From NCBI GenBank assembly GCA_963921275.4, contig OZ001293.3, forward strand, positions 2,688,001-2,752,000: DNA of 64,000 nt. Direction: 5' to 3'. Origin of the DNA: an uncultured Hormoscilla sp. Its GTDB lineage: Bacteria > Cyanobacteriota > Cyanobacteriia > Cyanobacteriales > Desertifilaceae. Positions within the stretch are counted from its first letter, which is position 1, and every line of letters starts with the position of its first letter. Below, one piece after another: positions 1 to 9,833 of this stretch. A program made the translations under genes and the position numbers. The notes beneath the pieces were generated by a model. The model ran no database searches. It was given only the letters and a program-made list of their open reading frames with translations, and was not told where the DNA came from.

Positions 1-1
1 T

Positions 2-382
2 CGCGCCCAGGCTTATAATAATCGCGGCAATGCCTTTTATGAGTTGGGAAATTATGAGGAGGCGATCGCGGATTACGATAAAGCTGTAGAACTAGGTTTC
101 TCCTCTGCTGAGAAAAACCGCGCGATCGCCCGAGCCGTGTTAGCAGAAGTCGAACGTAAAAAGCGGGAAGAGGAGGAACGCCGTCAACGGGAAGTAGAAG
201 CGCGTCGCCAGCAGGAAGAAGAGGAACGTAAAAAGCGGGAAGTAGAAGCGCGTCGCCAGCAGGAAGAAGAGGAACGTAAAAAGCGGGAAGCAGAAGCGCG
301 TCGCCAGCAGGAAGAAGAGGAACGTAAAAAGCGGGAACGTCGATCATATGGTGCATACTATGACCCGTTTAACTTGCTGTAA
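2..382 (+). CDS. C-terminal part of a TPR protein with a charged E/R/K/Q repeat tail (5' end outside window)
   Basis: Frame open from position 2: AQAYNNRGNAFYELGNYEEAIADYDKAVEL is a TPR consensus; 48-nt tandem repeat encodes ERKKREVEARRQQEEE. Confidence 0.85.
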   Translation, partial: RAQAYNNRGNAFYELGNYEEAIADYDKAVELGFSSAEKNRAIARAVLAEVERKKREEEERRQREVEARRQQEEEERKKREVEARRQQEEEERKKREAEARRQQEEEERKKRERRSYGAYYDPFNLL

Positions 383-616
383 CCCATCGCCGCCGAACCC
401 CGGATCCGAGGCGGGCCCCGATCGGCAATATTATAGATATGCTGACGCTGTGGTCCGACAGGATGGGATTGAGCTGGGGGCACGGGCTTCGCTACCCGAT
501 GTTACAGGTGTTGACAGTACCGAGAAAATAGGTTAAAGTTAGGGAATCCGCCGTGAGAGTAACCGATGGACAGACCGATTTATTGACCGGACAAGATTGA
601 ATAGAGAACAAGAATT

Positions 617-889
617 ATGGACTATGCCTTTGACTGGAAGCCCGAACAAGCTTTACTGGAGAAATTGCTCGCCTTAGCACGTCAACGAGGTCAATCTCCC
701 GAAGCCATTGTCACTGAAATAGTAAAGATATATCTAGAAAGGCAACCGCTAGCAATAGGTGATATGGGCTCAGACCCGTTGGTAGGAATGTTTGCTGGTT
801 CACCGGATTTAGCAACTAAATCAGAAAGGATATTACAAGAAGAAATTAGGGAGAAGTCTGGCTGGACATGGAAGGAAACCCAGTTATAG
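617..889 (+). CDS. Putative antitoxin (ribbon-helix-helix/CopG-like)
   Basis: Small ORF overlapping a downstream PIN gene; LARQRGQSPEAIV and DPLVGMFAG motifs typical of cyanobacterial antitoxins. Confidence 0.7.
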   Translation: MDYAFDWKPEQALLEKLLALARQRGQSPEAIVTEIVKIYLERQPLAIGDMGSDPLVGMFAGSPDLATKSERILQEEIREKSGWTWKETQL

Positions 890-1287
890 GTGACAGTGGT
901 TTTGTTGTGGCATTGCTAAATCAAACAGACTCGTGGCATAGCGAGGTGGCACGGGTTTATGCCCAGCAACAGCAGATATTGTTACCACAAACAGTACTGA
1001 CTGAAGTTGCCTATTTAATAGGTCGTGATGCCGGAGTTGCTACTGTAGTAGCTTTTTTGCGAGGATTGCCAGAGAGTCGCTTTCACCTGGTGGAGTTAAC
1101 AGACTCCGATGTGAGGCGTGTGGCTGAAATTCTCGATGTTTATGCAGATAGTCGAATTGACTTTGTCGATGCAACGGTTATGGCTGTGGCTGAACGCTAT
1201 GGTAGTACCAAGATATTGACTTTGAATCGACGGGATTTTAGATTATTTAGACCCCGGCATTGCGATAGTTTTGAGCTCTTGCCATGA
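868..1287 (+). CDS. PIN-domain (VapC-like) toxin
   Basis: DSGFVVAL...LTEV...DFVDATVMAVAE...ILTLNRRDF PIN motifs. Confidence 0.9.
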   Translation: MEGNPVIGDSGFVVALLNQTDSWHSEVARVYAQQQQILLPQTVLTEVAYLIGRDAGVATVVAFLRGLPESRFHLVELTDSDVRRVAEILDVYADSRIDFVDATVMAVAERYGSTKILTLNRRDFRLFRPRHCDSFELLP

Positions 1288-1529
1288 GGGCGATCGGCAT
1301 GTTACCTTGTGCCCCGACACCAATGGGATCTCCAATATTATTTCAGGGCACGGCATTATAGCATTGTCAAAACCAACTTTTATGTAGCTCTAGGTTGGGT
1401 TTCGTGCCTCAACCCAACCTACAATGATAGTGCCGATGTGTGGCCGATCGCACTTTTGACTATGAACAACCCAACCATTATGTCGCTCAATTCTGTTATA
1501 AATCCGATGGAATAATCGCATCGATCGCT

Positions 1530-1963
1530 TCAGTCCGATTTTTCCGGTAAATGCGAAAATCCCGATCTAATGTTAACACTGTACTGCCTGCGATAGACTG
1601 TATCCCTCGGGAGCGCTATTCGCACTACTCGGGGGATACAGCTCACTCATTCGCACCAAACAAGCATCTGCAAAACCACATGGGCACAGATTTGTATTTT
1701 TGCATCAACTCTCTCACGGCGGTCACTTCATCGCTGAAACTAAAAAGAATCTCAATATAACCGTTACTCACTAAACCCATGACTGCATCCTCTCCCCCAT
1801 AAACATTTTTCAGGAGAAAACACGCTTCACTAATAACAGCTTCGCACGTTAACACCGGTTTGGCAATATTTCCCCATTGATTTACTGCCCAATCATGGTA
1901 GCGATCTCTTTTATCTAAAACCGCTACCAACACTCCTGTATCTAGGATAACTTTTCCGATCAT
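1530..1963 (-). pseudogene. PIN-domain toxin, frameshifted and interrupted by a 44-nt hairpin element
   Basis: ILDTGVLVA...CEAVISEA; frame breaks at VPM; C-terminal IAGSTVLTLDRDFRIYRK continues in another frame beyond the 1598-1641 insertion. Confidence 0.8.
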
Positions 1964-2223
1964 ATCGCCTTATATCCTTTCTTTAGCTCCTGTTTTTCCA
2001 TAGACAGATCGCCTACGCCGCTATCTAAACAACCGATAAACTCCTTTGCTACTTCCAGCATCGATCGGGACTTCTCCTTCATCTTCTACAGTTTCCCTAA
2101 TTTCCTGCTTTTGCGTCTTAAACTGCAAAAATTAAATTATTACCAGAACCGACTGCTGCTGTTGAGTGGTCAAGGTTTGCTTGTTCTAAAATCCTTTGTT
2201 CCTTGCTAACTGCTTGTATCATC
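1960..2223 (-). pseudogene. Degenerate antitoxin gene (DUF2281-like) upstream of the PIN gene
   Basis: Fragments QQQSVL..FLQFK and SMLEVAKEFIGCLDSGVGDLS in broken frames; ATGA overlap with the PIN start. Confidence 0.55.
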
Positions 2224-2293
2224 TTTTTCCTTCAGTTACACTCTTACTCCCACTCCAATAGCTTAGCATACTTTGGCGCAACACGATCGCCCT

Positions 2294-2400
2294 TTTATTC
2301 AAACTCTGATGCCCACACATCAACAGCAGAGAATTCCCACCCCGGCAGTAACTCGGGCACCTCTAAAACATCTGCATCTCCTAGCACTATCGTCAATGTT
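2294..2400 (-). pseudogene. C-terminal remnant of a Uma2-family endonuclease
   Basis: TIVLGDADVLEVPELLPGWEFSAVDVWASEFE* matches the typical Uma2 C-terminus. Confidence 0.55.
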
Positions 2401-2555
2401 ACATATCATTACAAGTAATACCGAGATGGCGATTTGAAAATTTCGCCCCATCGCACAAGGGAGTATCGAAACGCGATTTATGCTGTATAATGGTATGCAG
2501 TTGAAAGGTTAATGAGTTAAAGTCAGTCAAAGGCAAATGGCGCAGGTGTGAAGTA

Positions 2556-3011
2556 GTGATACCAGAATTCGATGAAAACGGCAATCTACCGCCACCGAAT
2601 AATTTTTGCGAATGGGAAGAGTTGAAAGAGAGATTTGGTACAACTTTTCCCAGACAGCGCCTGATAGATGGTTTGTCTCGGGCAATGGCGAAATTAAAAG
2701 CCGCAGGCTGTAGAATTATTTATATTAATGGCAGTTTTGTCACCAGTAAAGTAAAACCTAAAGACTACGATGCTTGTTGGGAAGACGATGGGGTTACTCT
2801 AGGATATTTGAAGTCCGTCGATCCTGTTTTATATAATTTCACCAGGGGTCGTACCGAGCAAAAAAATATCTACAGGGGATATTTTCTCAGCATCTTACCC
2901 TGCTGATTAAGCTGGTAATTATTACCTAGATTTTTTCCAATTCAATAGTAGAAAAGATATACGCAAAGGAATCATTGCTATCCATTTACAGAGGTGGGAA
3001 TATGATGATTA
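2556..3011 (+). pseudogene. Nucleotidyltransferase-like (DUF6932-type) protein, frameshifted
   Basis: MIPEFDENGNLPP...INGSFVTSKVKPKDYDACW; C-terminus YLDFFQ..RKGIIAI lies in another frame after ~2880. Confidence 0.7.
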
Positions 3012-3526
3012 AAAATGAGCAAGAATATCAGATCACATTAGATTGGTTGCGGCGGTTTGAACAGACAGTAGCTAAATTGGATAGCGATGAAGTCTTGAAA
3101 ACTGACGACCCAACGCGCTGGCAACTTTATCGAGACGCTTATCAGAGTCAAGTTGACGAGTTCAAATATGAAATTGCTGAATATGAAAGGCTGATCAATT
3201 GTGACCAAAAGCAGGTTTTGCAAATCAAAGTTGAGAATTTCAATAAACTGCCATGGGTTTTAATTAAAGCCATTCTGACTGCCAAGATTAGCCAGGAAGA
3301 ATTAGCGGAGACACTGGGAATTTCCTCACAGCGGGTGAAGGAGTATGAAGATACAGATTATCAATTTGCCAGTTTTGGAGAGATGATTGATGTCAGCATC
3401 GCTTTGGGTGTGGAAGTTGAAAAGGCTGTAATGCAGGTTGATTTTGAGGAAATCGAGGAAGTAGCACGTATCGCAAAAAAATGGCAAGAGAAGAAAAGAA
3501 AGAAGGCTATGGCCGCGCCGCGCTGA
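3002..3526 (+). CDS. XRE-family helix-turn-helix protein (probable partner of the upstream gene)
   Basis: MIKNEQEYQIT N-terminus and ISQEELAETLGISSQRVKEYEDTDY HTH. Confidence 0.8.
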   Translation: MMIKNEQEYQITLDWLRRFEQTVAKLDSDEVLKTDDPTRWQLYRDAYQSQVDEFKYEIAEYERLINCDQKQVLQIKVENFNKLPWVLIKAILTAKISQEELAETLGISSQRVKEYEDTDYQFASFGEMIDVSIALGVEVEKAVMQVDFEEIEEVARIAKKWQEKKRKKAMAAPR

Positions 3527-3720
3527 GCGATCGCAAACGAGATATTTAAGTTCTGCAGTTCATCTTAACAGGAGGCAGAGCCTCACCGAGACCGTTCCCT
3601 GCCAGAGACAGGGAACGAGATAATAGTTTTAAACTATATTGTTAGTCGGTTTTAACCGACTTTAGCTATTAGCCGGGGGTTTGAACCCCCGGCGGGCTAA
3701 CAGCGAAGTGAAGGAATTTA

Positions 3721-4716
3721 TTACCCGTGCCGCCTTTGATGCCACTGCCAAGCGTGGGCGATAATTCGCTCTAGGTCTGGGTATTGGGGAGTCCAGTTGA
3801 GGATGGTTCTGGCCCGGGAACTGCTGCCCACCAGAACGGAGGCATCGCCTGCACGCCGATCGCACTCGAAGGCGGGAATTTCTCTACCCGTAACTGTTCT
3901 AGCAGTTTCAATCACTTGCTTGACAGAAAAACCATTACCATTGCCCAGGTTAAAGACTTCACTATCACCCCCATCCAGCAGATATTCCAGACCCAAAACA
4001 TGGGCGCTTGCCAGGTCGGTGACGTGAATGTAGTCCCGCACGCAAGTGCCATCGGGGGTGGAGTAATCTCGGCCAAAAATAGACAGAGATTCCCTTTTGC
4101 CTAAAGCCGTTAGCAAGGCCAGGGGAATGAGGTGGGTTTCGGGCTTGTGGTCTTCCCCCAGCAAACCACTGGGGTCGGCCCCGGCAGCGTTAAAATAACG
4201 GAAACAGACTGACTTGAGACCGTAAGCCCGATCGCAATCTGCGAGAATCCGTTCTACCATAGCTTTACTAGCGGCGTAGGGACTGAGAGGATTGTGGGGA
4301 TGATCTTCGGGAATGGGCAGGATCTGGGGTTCGCCATAAATAGCGCAGGTGGAAGAAAAGACAATCCGTTTCACCCCCGCTGCTACCATAGCTTGCAGCA
4401 GGGTTAAGGTGCCACTAACATTGTTCTGGTAGTACATCCCGGGCTCTTTGACCGACTCGCCCACGGCGATAAAGGCCGCAAAATGCATGACTGCCTGAAT
4501 GTTGTGGGTGGCAAATAACTGGTCTAGCAAGGCCCGATCGCTCGTATCCCCAACAACTAGCTTGACCTGGATCACCTGTTCGACTAAATCTTGATGCCCG
4601 TAGACCAAATTGTCTAAAATGATCGCATCATAGCCAGCGCTCTTCAGCGCTAGCACGGTATGGGAGCCAATATATCCAGCCCCGCCAGTAACGAGAATAG
4701 TGGGTAATTGCGACAA
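3721..4716 (-). CDS. galE: UDP-glucose 4-epimerase
   Basis: ILVTGGAGYIGSH, YAASK, RYFNAAGAD, DGTCVRDYIHV. Confidence 0.97.
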   Translation of the reverse strand: MSQLPTILVTGGAGYIGSHTVLALKSAGYDAIILDNLVYGHQDLVEQVIQVKLVVGDTSDRALLDQLFATHNIQAVMHFAAFIAVGESVKEPGMYYQNNVSGTLTLLQAMVAAGVKRIVFSSTCAIYGEPQILPIPEDHPHNPLSPYAASKAMVERILADCDRAYGLKSVCFRYFNAAGADPSGLLGEDHKPETHLIPLALLTALGKRESLSIFGRDYSTPDGTCVRDYIHVTDLASAHVLGLEYLLDGGDSEVFNLGNGNGFSVKQVIETARTVTGREIPAFECDRRAGDASVLVGSSSRARTILNWTPQYPDLERIIAHAWQWHQRRHG

Positions 4717-4847
4717 GTTAAATCCTCTCTGGTGAAATATTTCAGCTTTTAGATTAACGCCAATTGTGGTAATTCGTCTCTGGACGCGACTGGAAAAATA
4801 GTTACACTTAAAAAGGGATCGACTTGCGCGAAAGAGGCATTGTTGGT

Positions 4848-4984
4848 GTCATTGGGAGGGGGGATATGGCAGCAGTAAGTCGGTGAGCACAACTGTTAGA
4901 CCCCCGGAAGCAATCTCCTACCCAGCACGTGGAGATTGCTTCGGAGGGTGTTCCTTCAATTATCCCCCCCCCTCGCTCCGGACA
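4848..4984. repeat. GTCATTG..GAAGCAATC..GATTGCTTC palindromic repeat (second copy 57486-57663)
   Basis: Shared motifs GTCATTG(G/C)GAGGGGGG, GAAGCAATC/GATTGCTTCG stem and CCCCCTCGCTCCGGACA at both loci. Confidence 0.7.
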
Positions 4985-5041
4985 TATTGGCTGCTGGAGA
5001 TCGCGCAGTTCCTGACAGTTCGCAGTATACTAGCTCAATAG

Positions 5042-6529
5042 ATGCTCGATAGCCTAGATCTAAATCTTTCCCTGGATAAGGAGACCTACTCCGAAGAGAT
5101 AGAAGCGTTGATGCGCCAGCTGCGATCGCTACAACAGCATTGTTGGGAAAAAAAGCTGTCCGCGATCGTAGTGCTAGAAGGTTGGGCCGCTGCTGGTAAA
5201 GGTGCCCTGGTGAAAAAAGTAGTGGGATACATGGATCCTCGTGGGTTTGCAGTCCACCCGATCTGGCCGCCAACTCCCCAAGAACAAAAGTATCCGTTTT
5301 TATGGCGGTTTTGGCAGAAGTTACCTAGGTATGGCAGTATCAGTTTGTTCTATCATAGCTGGTACACCCACGTCCTAGAAGACAGGCTGTTCGATTGGGT
5401 CAAGAGATCGGAAATTCCGACGATAATGCGGCATATTAACTCCTTTGAGCGCCAAATGGCAGATGATGGAGTGGCGATCGCCAAATTCTGGATCCACCTG
5501 AGCAAGAAAGAACTGAAGCAGCGGCTGAAAAAATACGCGGAAGACCCCCTAGATGCTTGGCAAGTGCGATCGGAGGACTGGCAGCAGGTGAAGAATTATG
5601 AAAAGTATACTGCCTTTGCCGAAGAAATGCTGATCCAAACCAGCACTGGCCCGGCCCCCTGGACATTGGTGGAGGGAGACTCTCAGCGTTGGGCGAGGGT
5701 GAAGGTTTTAACTACAATTGCCTCTACCATTAGAGAAGCTTTGGATAAACGCCAGGGGTTTGTCCCCGGGCCAACATTGCCTCCGCAGGAAAAGCTAGAA
5801 CCGACCGAACCGGACTTCTTGGCGAGGGTAGATCTGAACGAGTCTCTGTCATCAGAGGAATACAAAAAGCAGTTAAAGGAAGAACAGGTAGGTCTGCGCC
5901 AGTTGCAGAGGAGTATTTTCCAACATCAGGTGCCAGTGCTGTGCCTATTTGAAGGTTGGGATGCGGCGGGTAAAGGGGGAGCAATCAAACGCTTGACAGA
6001 TAACCTGGACCCCCGCAGTTATCAAGTTACCGCCTTTGCTGCCCCGACAGATGAAGAAAAGGGCCATCACTACCTGTGGCGGTTCTGGCGTAATTTGCCC
6101 ACGGCGGGCAAGATCGGGATTTTTGACCGCACTTGGTATGGACGAGTATTTGTCGAGCGAGTCGAAGGTTTTGCTACGGAAGCTCAGTGGCGTCGGGCCT
6201 ACCGGGAAATTAATGAGTTTGAAGCCCAGCTGACTGATGCGGGTTATGTTTTAGTTAAGTTTTGGCTGCACATTAGCCCCGCCGAGCAACTGAAACGATT
6301 TACCGCACGCCAGCAAGACCCGTTTAAGCAATATAAGTTAACAGAGGAAGATTGGCGGAATCGGGAAAAATGGTCGTTGTATGATGTGGCAGTCAATCAG
6401 GCGATCGGGCGCACGAACACGCCGACGGCACCTTGGACGATAATTCCTGCTAATGACAAGTATTACGCTCGCGTGAAAGTGATTCAGACAGTGAGTGAGG
6501 CAGTTGCAGCCAAACTGAAACGTCACTAA
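5042..6529 (+). CDS. pap: Polyphosphate:AMP phosphotransferase (two-domain PPK2)
   Basis: Two PPK2 domains: LEGWAAAGKG and FEGWDAAGKGG, FDRTWYGRV, KFWLHIS. Confidence 0.93.
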   Translation: MLDSLDLNLSLDKETYSEEIEALMRQLRSLQQHCWEKKLSAIVVLEGWAAAGKGALVKKVVGYMDPRGFAVHPIWPPTPQEQKYPFLWRFWQKLPRYGSISLFYHSWYTHVLEDRLFDWVKRSEIPTIMRHINSFERQMADDGVAIAKFWIHLSKKELKQRLKKYAEDPLDAWQVRSEDWQQVKNYEKYTAFAEEMLIQTSTGPAPWTLVEGDSQRWARVKVLTTIASTIREALDKRQGFVPGPTLPPQEKLEPTEPDFLARVDLNESLSSEEYKKQLKEEQVGLRQLQRSIFQHQVPVLCLFEGWDAAGKGGAIKRLTDNLDPRSYQVTAFAAPTDEEKGHHYLWRFWRNLPTAGKIGIFDRTWYGRVFVERVEGFATEAQWRRAYREINEFEAQLTDAGYVLVKFWLHISPAEQLKRFTARQQDPFKQYKLTEEDWRNREKWSLYDVAVNQAIGRTNTPTAPWTIIPANDKYYARVKVIQTVSEAVAAKLKRH

Positions 6530-6681
6530 GTCTCTAATGTTCTTTTCTCTGCGCGGTTGGCTGTCTCCCAATGTCCTGTAGCTTCTTGATATAATTGCCA
6601 AAGGAACATCGGGAGCATCTCAATGATTGAAATGCTCCCTGGCGATCTGGATCCAAAATACTGAGTTTAAGAGATAAGAAG

Positions 6682-7464
6682 ATGACACAAACACGAGGTA
6701 ATTCTAGCAGATTAGACCGGATAGAGGCAATATTGGAACGCACTGTGTCTGACCAGGCAGAACTGCGAGGGTCTCTGATCCAGTTAACGAAGCGGGTAGA
6801 TACTCTCACAGATCGGGTAGATACTTTAACCCAACAGGTAACTGTCCTGACCCAGCGGGTAGATACTTTAACAGAACAGGTAACTGTCCTGACCCAGCGG
6901 GTAAATGACCTGACCCAGCGGGTAGATGACCTGACCCAGCGGGTAGATACTTTAACAGAACAAGTAACTGTCCTGACCCAGCGGGTAGATGACCTGACCC
7001 AGCGGGTAGATGACCTGACCCAGCGGGTAGATGACCTGACCCAGCGGGTAGATACTTTAACAGAACAAGTAACTGCCCTGACCCAGCGGGTAGATGACCT
7101 GACCCAGCGGGTAGATGACCTGACCCAGCGGGTAGATACTTTAACAGAACAAGTAACTGCCCTGACCCAGCGGGTAGATACTTTAACAGAACAAGTAACT
7201 GCCCTGACCCAGCGAGTAGATAATATTGTCGGGAAGATGATTCGATTTGAGGAGAAAACAGATAATAGCTTATCTGATTTAAACCAAGGGCAAAAAGAGA
7301 CAGTTGCTCTCATAAGGCAACTTGTTCAGGGACTAGAGCGAATTGAGCAGGGGCAGGCGGAAATGAGGGAAACTCAGGCATCTTTGATAGCAGGGCGAGA
7401 AAGACAGGAGCGGATTTTGGATTACCTGCTGCGGCGCGTCGATGGTGAAAATGCTGACAACTGA
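6682..7464 (+). CDS. Coiled-coil protein with about 20 heptad repeats
   Basis: RLDRIEAILER N-terminus, 21-nt repeat units (LTQRVDD/LTEQVTV), ERQERILDYLLRR C-terminus. Confidence 0.8.
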   Translation: MTQTRGNSSRLDRIEAILERTVSDQAELRGSLIQLTKRVDTLTDRVDTLTQQVTVLTQRVDTLTEQVTVLTQRVNDLTQRVDDLTQRVDTLTEQVTVLTQRVDDLTQRVDDLTQRVDDLTQRVDTLTEQVTALTQRVDDLTQRVDDLTQRVDTLTEQVTALTQRVDTLTEQVTALTQRVDNIVGKMIRFEEKTDNSLSDLNQGQKETVALIRQLVQGLERIEQGQAEMRETQASLIAGRERQERILDYLLRRVDGENADN

Positions 7465-7548
7465 ATGCTTGCGTTATCAGTTGCTCCAGACGGTGGTCAC
7501 TGGAGGTTGAGTTGGCGCATTACTCAACCTACTGCGATCGCCCTCGCT

Positions 7549-7962
7549 TCATTTGATTTTAAATACTGGTTGATCAGGGTGTGCCGGATTCGGTATCAAT
7601 CGTTGATTGACACAATCGACTAGCACATCTAACTTCTCCAACAATGTCTGACCAATAAGTACCTCATCACCGACAACCAGTGCATCTTCAAAAGCCTTAC
7701 GATCTTGCCACTCAACTAGCATGGGCTCAGTCACGTTGAGCGATTCTTGCCGCCGATCAGCGTACTCAGCCACCTGTTGCTCTAAAATTTCCAAACCGAG
7801 GTTCTGCATCACATGAACTGGAATGACGAAACGCACCGATCCCGTGTCTACCAGGGCGTCAGCTTCATACACGCGCACCTGTTCAGATGTTAGCTGTCCG
7901 CGACGCGCTAGCATCATATCTAGCGCATTCGTTAACTTGACTTTCGCTCGTACTTCACCCAT
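7549..7962 (-). CDS. Clan AA aspartic protease (AF_0612-like)
   Basis: MGEVRAKVKLTN...ALVDTGS...VLIGQTLLEKLD. Confidence 0.88.
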   Translation of the reverse strand: MGEVRAKVKLTNALDMMLARRGQLTSEQVRVYEADALVDTGSVRFVIPVHVMQNLGLEILEQQVAEYADRRQESLNVTEPMLVEWQDRKAFEDALVVGDEVLIGQTLLEKLDVLVDCVNQRLIPNPAHPDQPVFKIK

Positions 7963-8034
7963 AATTTTACCCTCACGCTACTTACTATTATCATAACATT
8001 GAGAGAGCAAATTGTGTTCAAAGAGCACGAAAAA

Positions 8035-8712
8035 ATGTCAGATTGGTTATCGAGATTGCAAGCAAAACGGGCGATCGGGGTGATCCGCACTCCCCAACGA
8101 TCTTTGGGAAAACAGTTGGCCCTCTCGATCGCAGATGGGGGAATGCAACTGATTGAAATTACCTGGAATAGCGATCGCCCGGCTGAGTTAATTGCACAAT
8201 TGCGAACAGAATTACCTGCTTGTTTGATTGGTGCGGGCACTCTGTTAACCCCAGAACACCTGCATGGTGCTATTGCGGCGGGGGCGCAATTCCTGTTTAC
8301 TCCTCACACCAATCCTGCTATAATTGAAATAGCTCTTGCTGCTGGAGTACCGATTATTCCCGGGGCCCTTTCTCCTACGGAAATTGTTACTGCTTGGAAT
8401 GCAGGCGCTACCTGTGTGAAGGTTTTTCCAGTTAAATCTGTGGGCAGTGTTAGCTACATTAAAAGTTTACAAGGCCCATTGGGTCAGATTCCTTTGATCC
8501 CTACCGGAGGTGTTACCCTGGATAATGCTAGGGATTTTATTGCCGCCGGGGCGATCGGGGTCGGACTCGGAGGCAGTCTATTTCCTAAAAATCTCGTAGC
8601 AGCACGAGATTGGCAGGCGATCGCCCAAATAACTCGCACCTTCATGCAAAACTTAACCACTTCGATGTCCGACGGGCGCGCTAAAAGCACTACCCGTCGG
8701 ACATCGATCTAA
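8035..8712 (+). CDS. eda: KHG/KDPG aldolase
   Basis: IEIT, IGAGT, GAQFLFTP, PGALSPTEI, VKVFP, IPTGGV; 3' end carries an in-frame hairpin element. Confidence 0.92.
   Translation: MSDWLSRLQAKRAIGVIRTPQRSLGKQLALSIADGGMQLIEITWNSDRPAELIAQLRTELPACLIGAGTLLTPEHLHGAIAAGAQFLFTPHTNPAIIEIALAAGVPIIPGALSPTEIVTAWNAGATCVKVFPVKSVGSVSYIKSLQGPLGQIPLIPTGGVTLDNARDFIAAGAIGVGLGGSLFPKNLVAARDWQAIAQITRTFMQNLTTSMSDGRAKSTTRRTSI
8663..8706. repeat. 44-nt hairpin micro-element (type copy). Others: 1598-1641, 20764-20807, 20940-20983, 25628-25671, 27782-27825, 31763-31806, 31853-31896, 39863-39906, 40031-40074, 60995-61038
   Basis: 14-bp inverted arms around a 16-nt core (A/C/T)GCGCTA-NNN-GCACTA; 39863 is a variant with GCACAA and imperfect inner arms. 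Confidence 0.92.
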
Positions 8713-8717
8713 AATCT

Positions 8718-9476
8718 ATGCCCATTCTGGCTATTGGCGACATTCACGGTTGTGCCACTGCTTTGGATACCCTGCTGGCAACTGTTAAACCCCAACCTGT
8801 AGATACGATCGTTACCCTGGGAGACTATGTTGATAGGGGACCGAACTCAAAAGGCGTGCTCGATCGCCTGATATCCTTGCACGAAACTGGCAGGTTGGTA
8901 GCTTTACGCGGCAATCACGAACTGGTGATGCTCGACGCAGTATTCAGCAGCCAAAATGAATCCTATTGGCGGATATACGGTGGCGCCGAAACACTCGATT
9001 CTTACTCTGACTATAGAACTGGTCAACTCACAGACATCCCCGCCGCACATTGGCACTTTATCAAAAATATTTGCCGGGACTACTGGGAAAGCGATCGGCA
9101 TTTTTTCGTTCACGCCAACGCCGATCCTCAGAAACCCTTGCATCAGCAATCAGAACAGATGCTATACTGGGAAAAATTCCGCAACCCAGCACCCCACTTC
9201 TCTGGCAAAACTATGGTCTGCGGACATACTAGCCAAAAAAGTGGTAAACCTGTAAATCTCGGTCATGCCATCTGCATCGATACCAGAATTTATGATAACG
9301 GTTGGTTGACTTGTCTGGACGTGACCAGTGGCAAAGTTTGGCAGGCCAATGAACTAGGTCAGCAGCGAACAGCTAGTATTGATGAATTTAAGTCAGCCCA
9401 AGCGCCGTCAGCCCAAGCGCCGTCAGCCCAAGCGCCGTCAGCCCAAGCGCCGTCAGCCCAAGCGCCGTCACCCTAA
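8718..9476 (+). CDS. Ser/Thr protein phosphatase-like metallophosphoesterase
   Basis: GDIHG, GDYVDRG, RGNHE, GHT, CIDT; C-terminal SAQAP x5 from a 15-nt repeat. Confidence 0.92.
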   Translation: MPILAIGDIHGCATALDTLLATVKPQPVDTIVTLGDYVDRGPNSKGVLDRLISLHETGRLVALRGNHELVMLDAVFSSQNESYWRIYGGAETLDSYSDYRTGQLTDIPAAHWHFIKNICRDYWESDRHFFVHANADPQKPLHQQSEQMLYWEKFRNPAPHFSGKTMVCGHTSQKSGKPVNLGHAICIDTRIYDNGWLTCLDVTSGKVWQANELGQQRTASIDEFKSAQAPSAQAPSAQAPSAQAPSAQAPSP

Positions 9477-9574
9477 AGGGTGCGGCTACACAAACAAAGC
9501 CCGCCTGCGCGGGCTATAATAACCTCGTTCCCACTGGCGACCCCTGGGAACGGGATGCTAGAGGTTCTGCCTCA
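9469..9574. repeat. REP-like hairpin cluster downstream of gene (related copies 62451-62550 and 3571-3619)
   Basis: CACCCT(A/C)AAGGGTG, AGCCCGCCTGCGCGGGCT and CTCGTT..GAGG..GCCTC motifs recur at these loci. Confidence 0.7.
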
Positions 9575-9707
9575 GGGCGCATCTCACTTTTGCATAAAAG
9601 CACAAATTCTCGGGTTCGTAGTTCGTAGTTCGTAGTTCGTAGTTATTTTACGATAGCGTACTACATAGGCTAAAATTATCATACATCTGCAAATCTGGGA
9701 TGCTCCC
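9575..9707. mobile_element. MITE with ISKra4-like termini
   Basis: TIR GGGCGCATCTCA/TGGGATGCTCCC, 8-bp TSD CTGCCTCA; termini resemble the IS at 50101-51565; contains TTCGTAG heptamer repeats. Confidence 0.8.
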
Positions 9708-9833
9708 CTGCCTCATGTAATTTGTTGAAGTTTGATAAAGTTATAAAAAAAATCTTAAATCTGCGATATCGCCTTGACAAGGATGCGGGAAAAAAGCTAT
9801 AAATAAGCAAATAGAGTTAACCATCCTGGAAAA

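Noticed and set aside
6534..7313. 259-aa antisense ORF
   Set aside because: Shadow of the heptad repeat on the + strand
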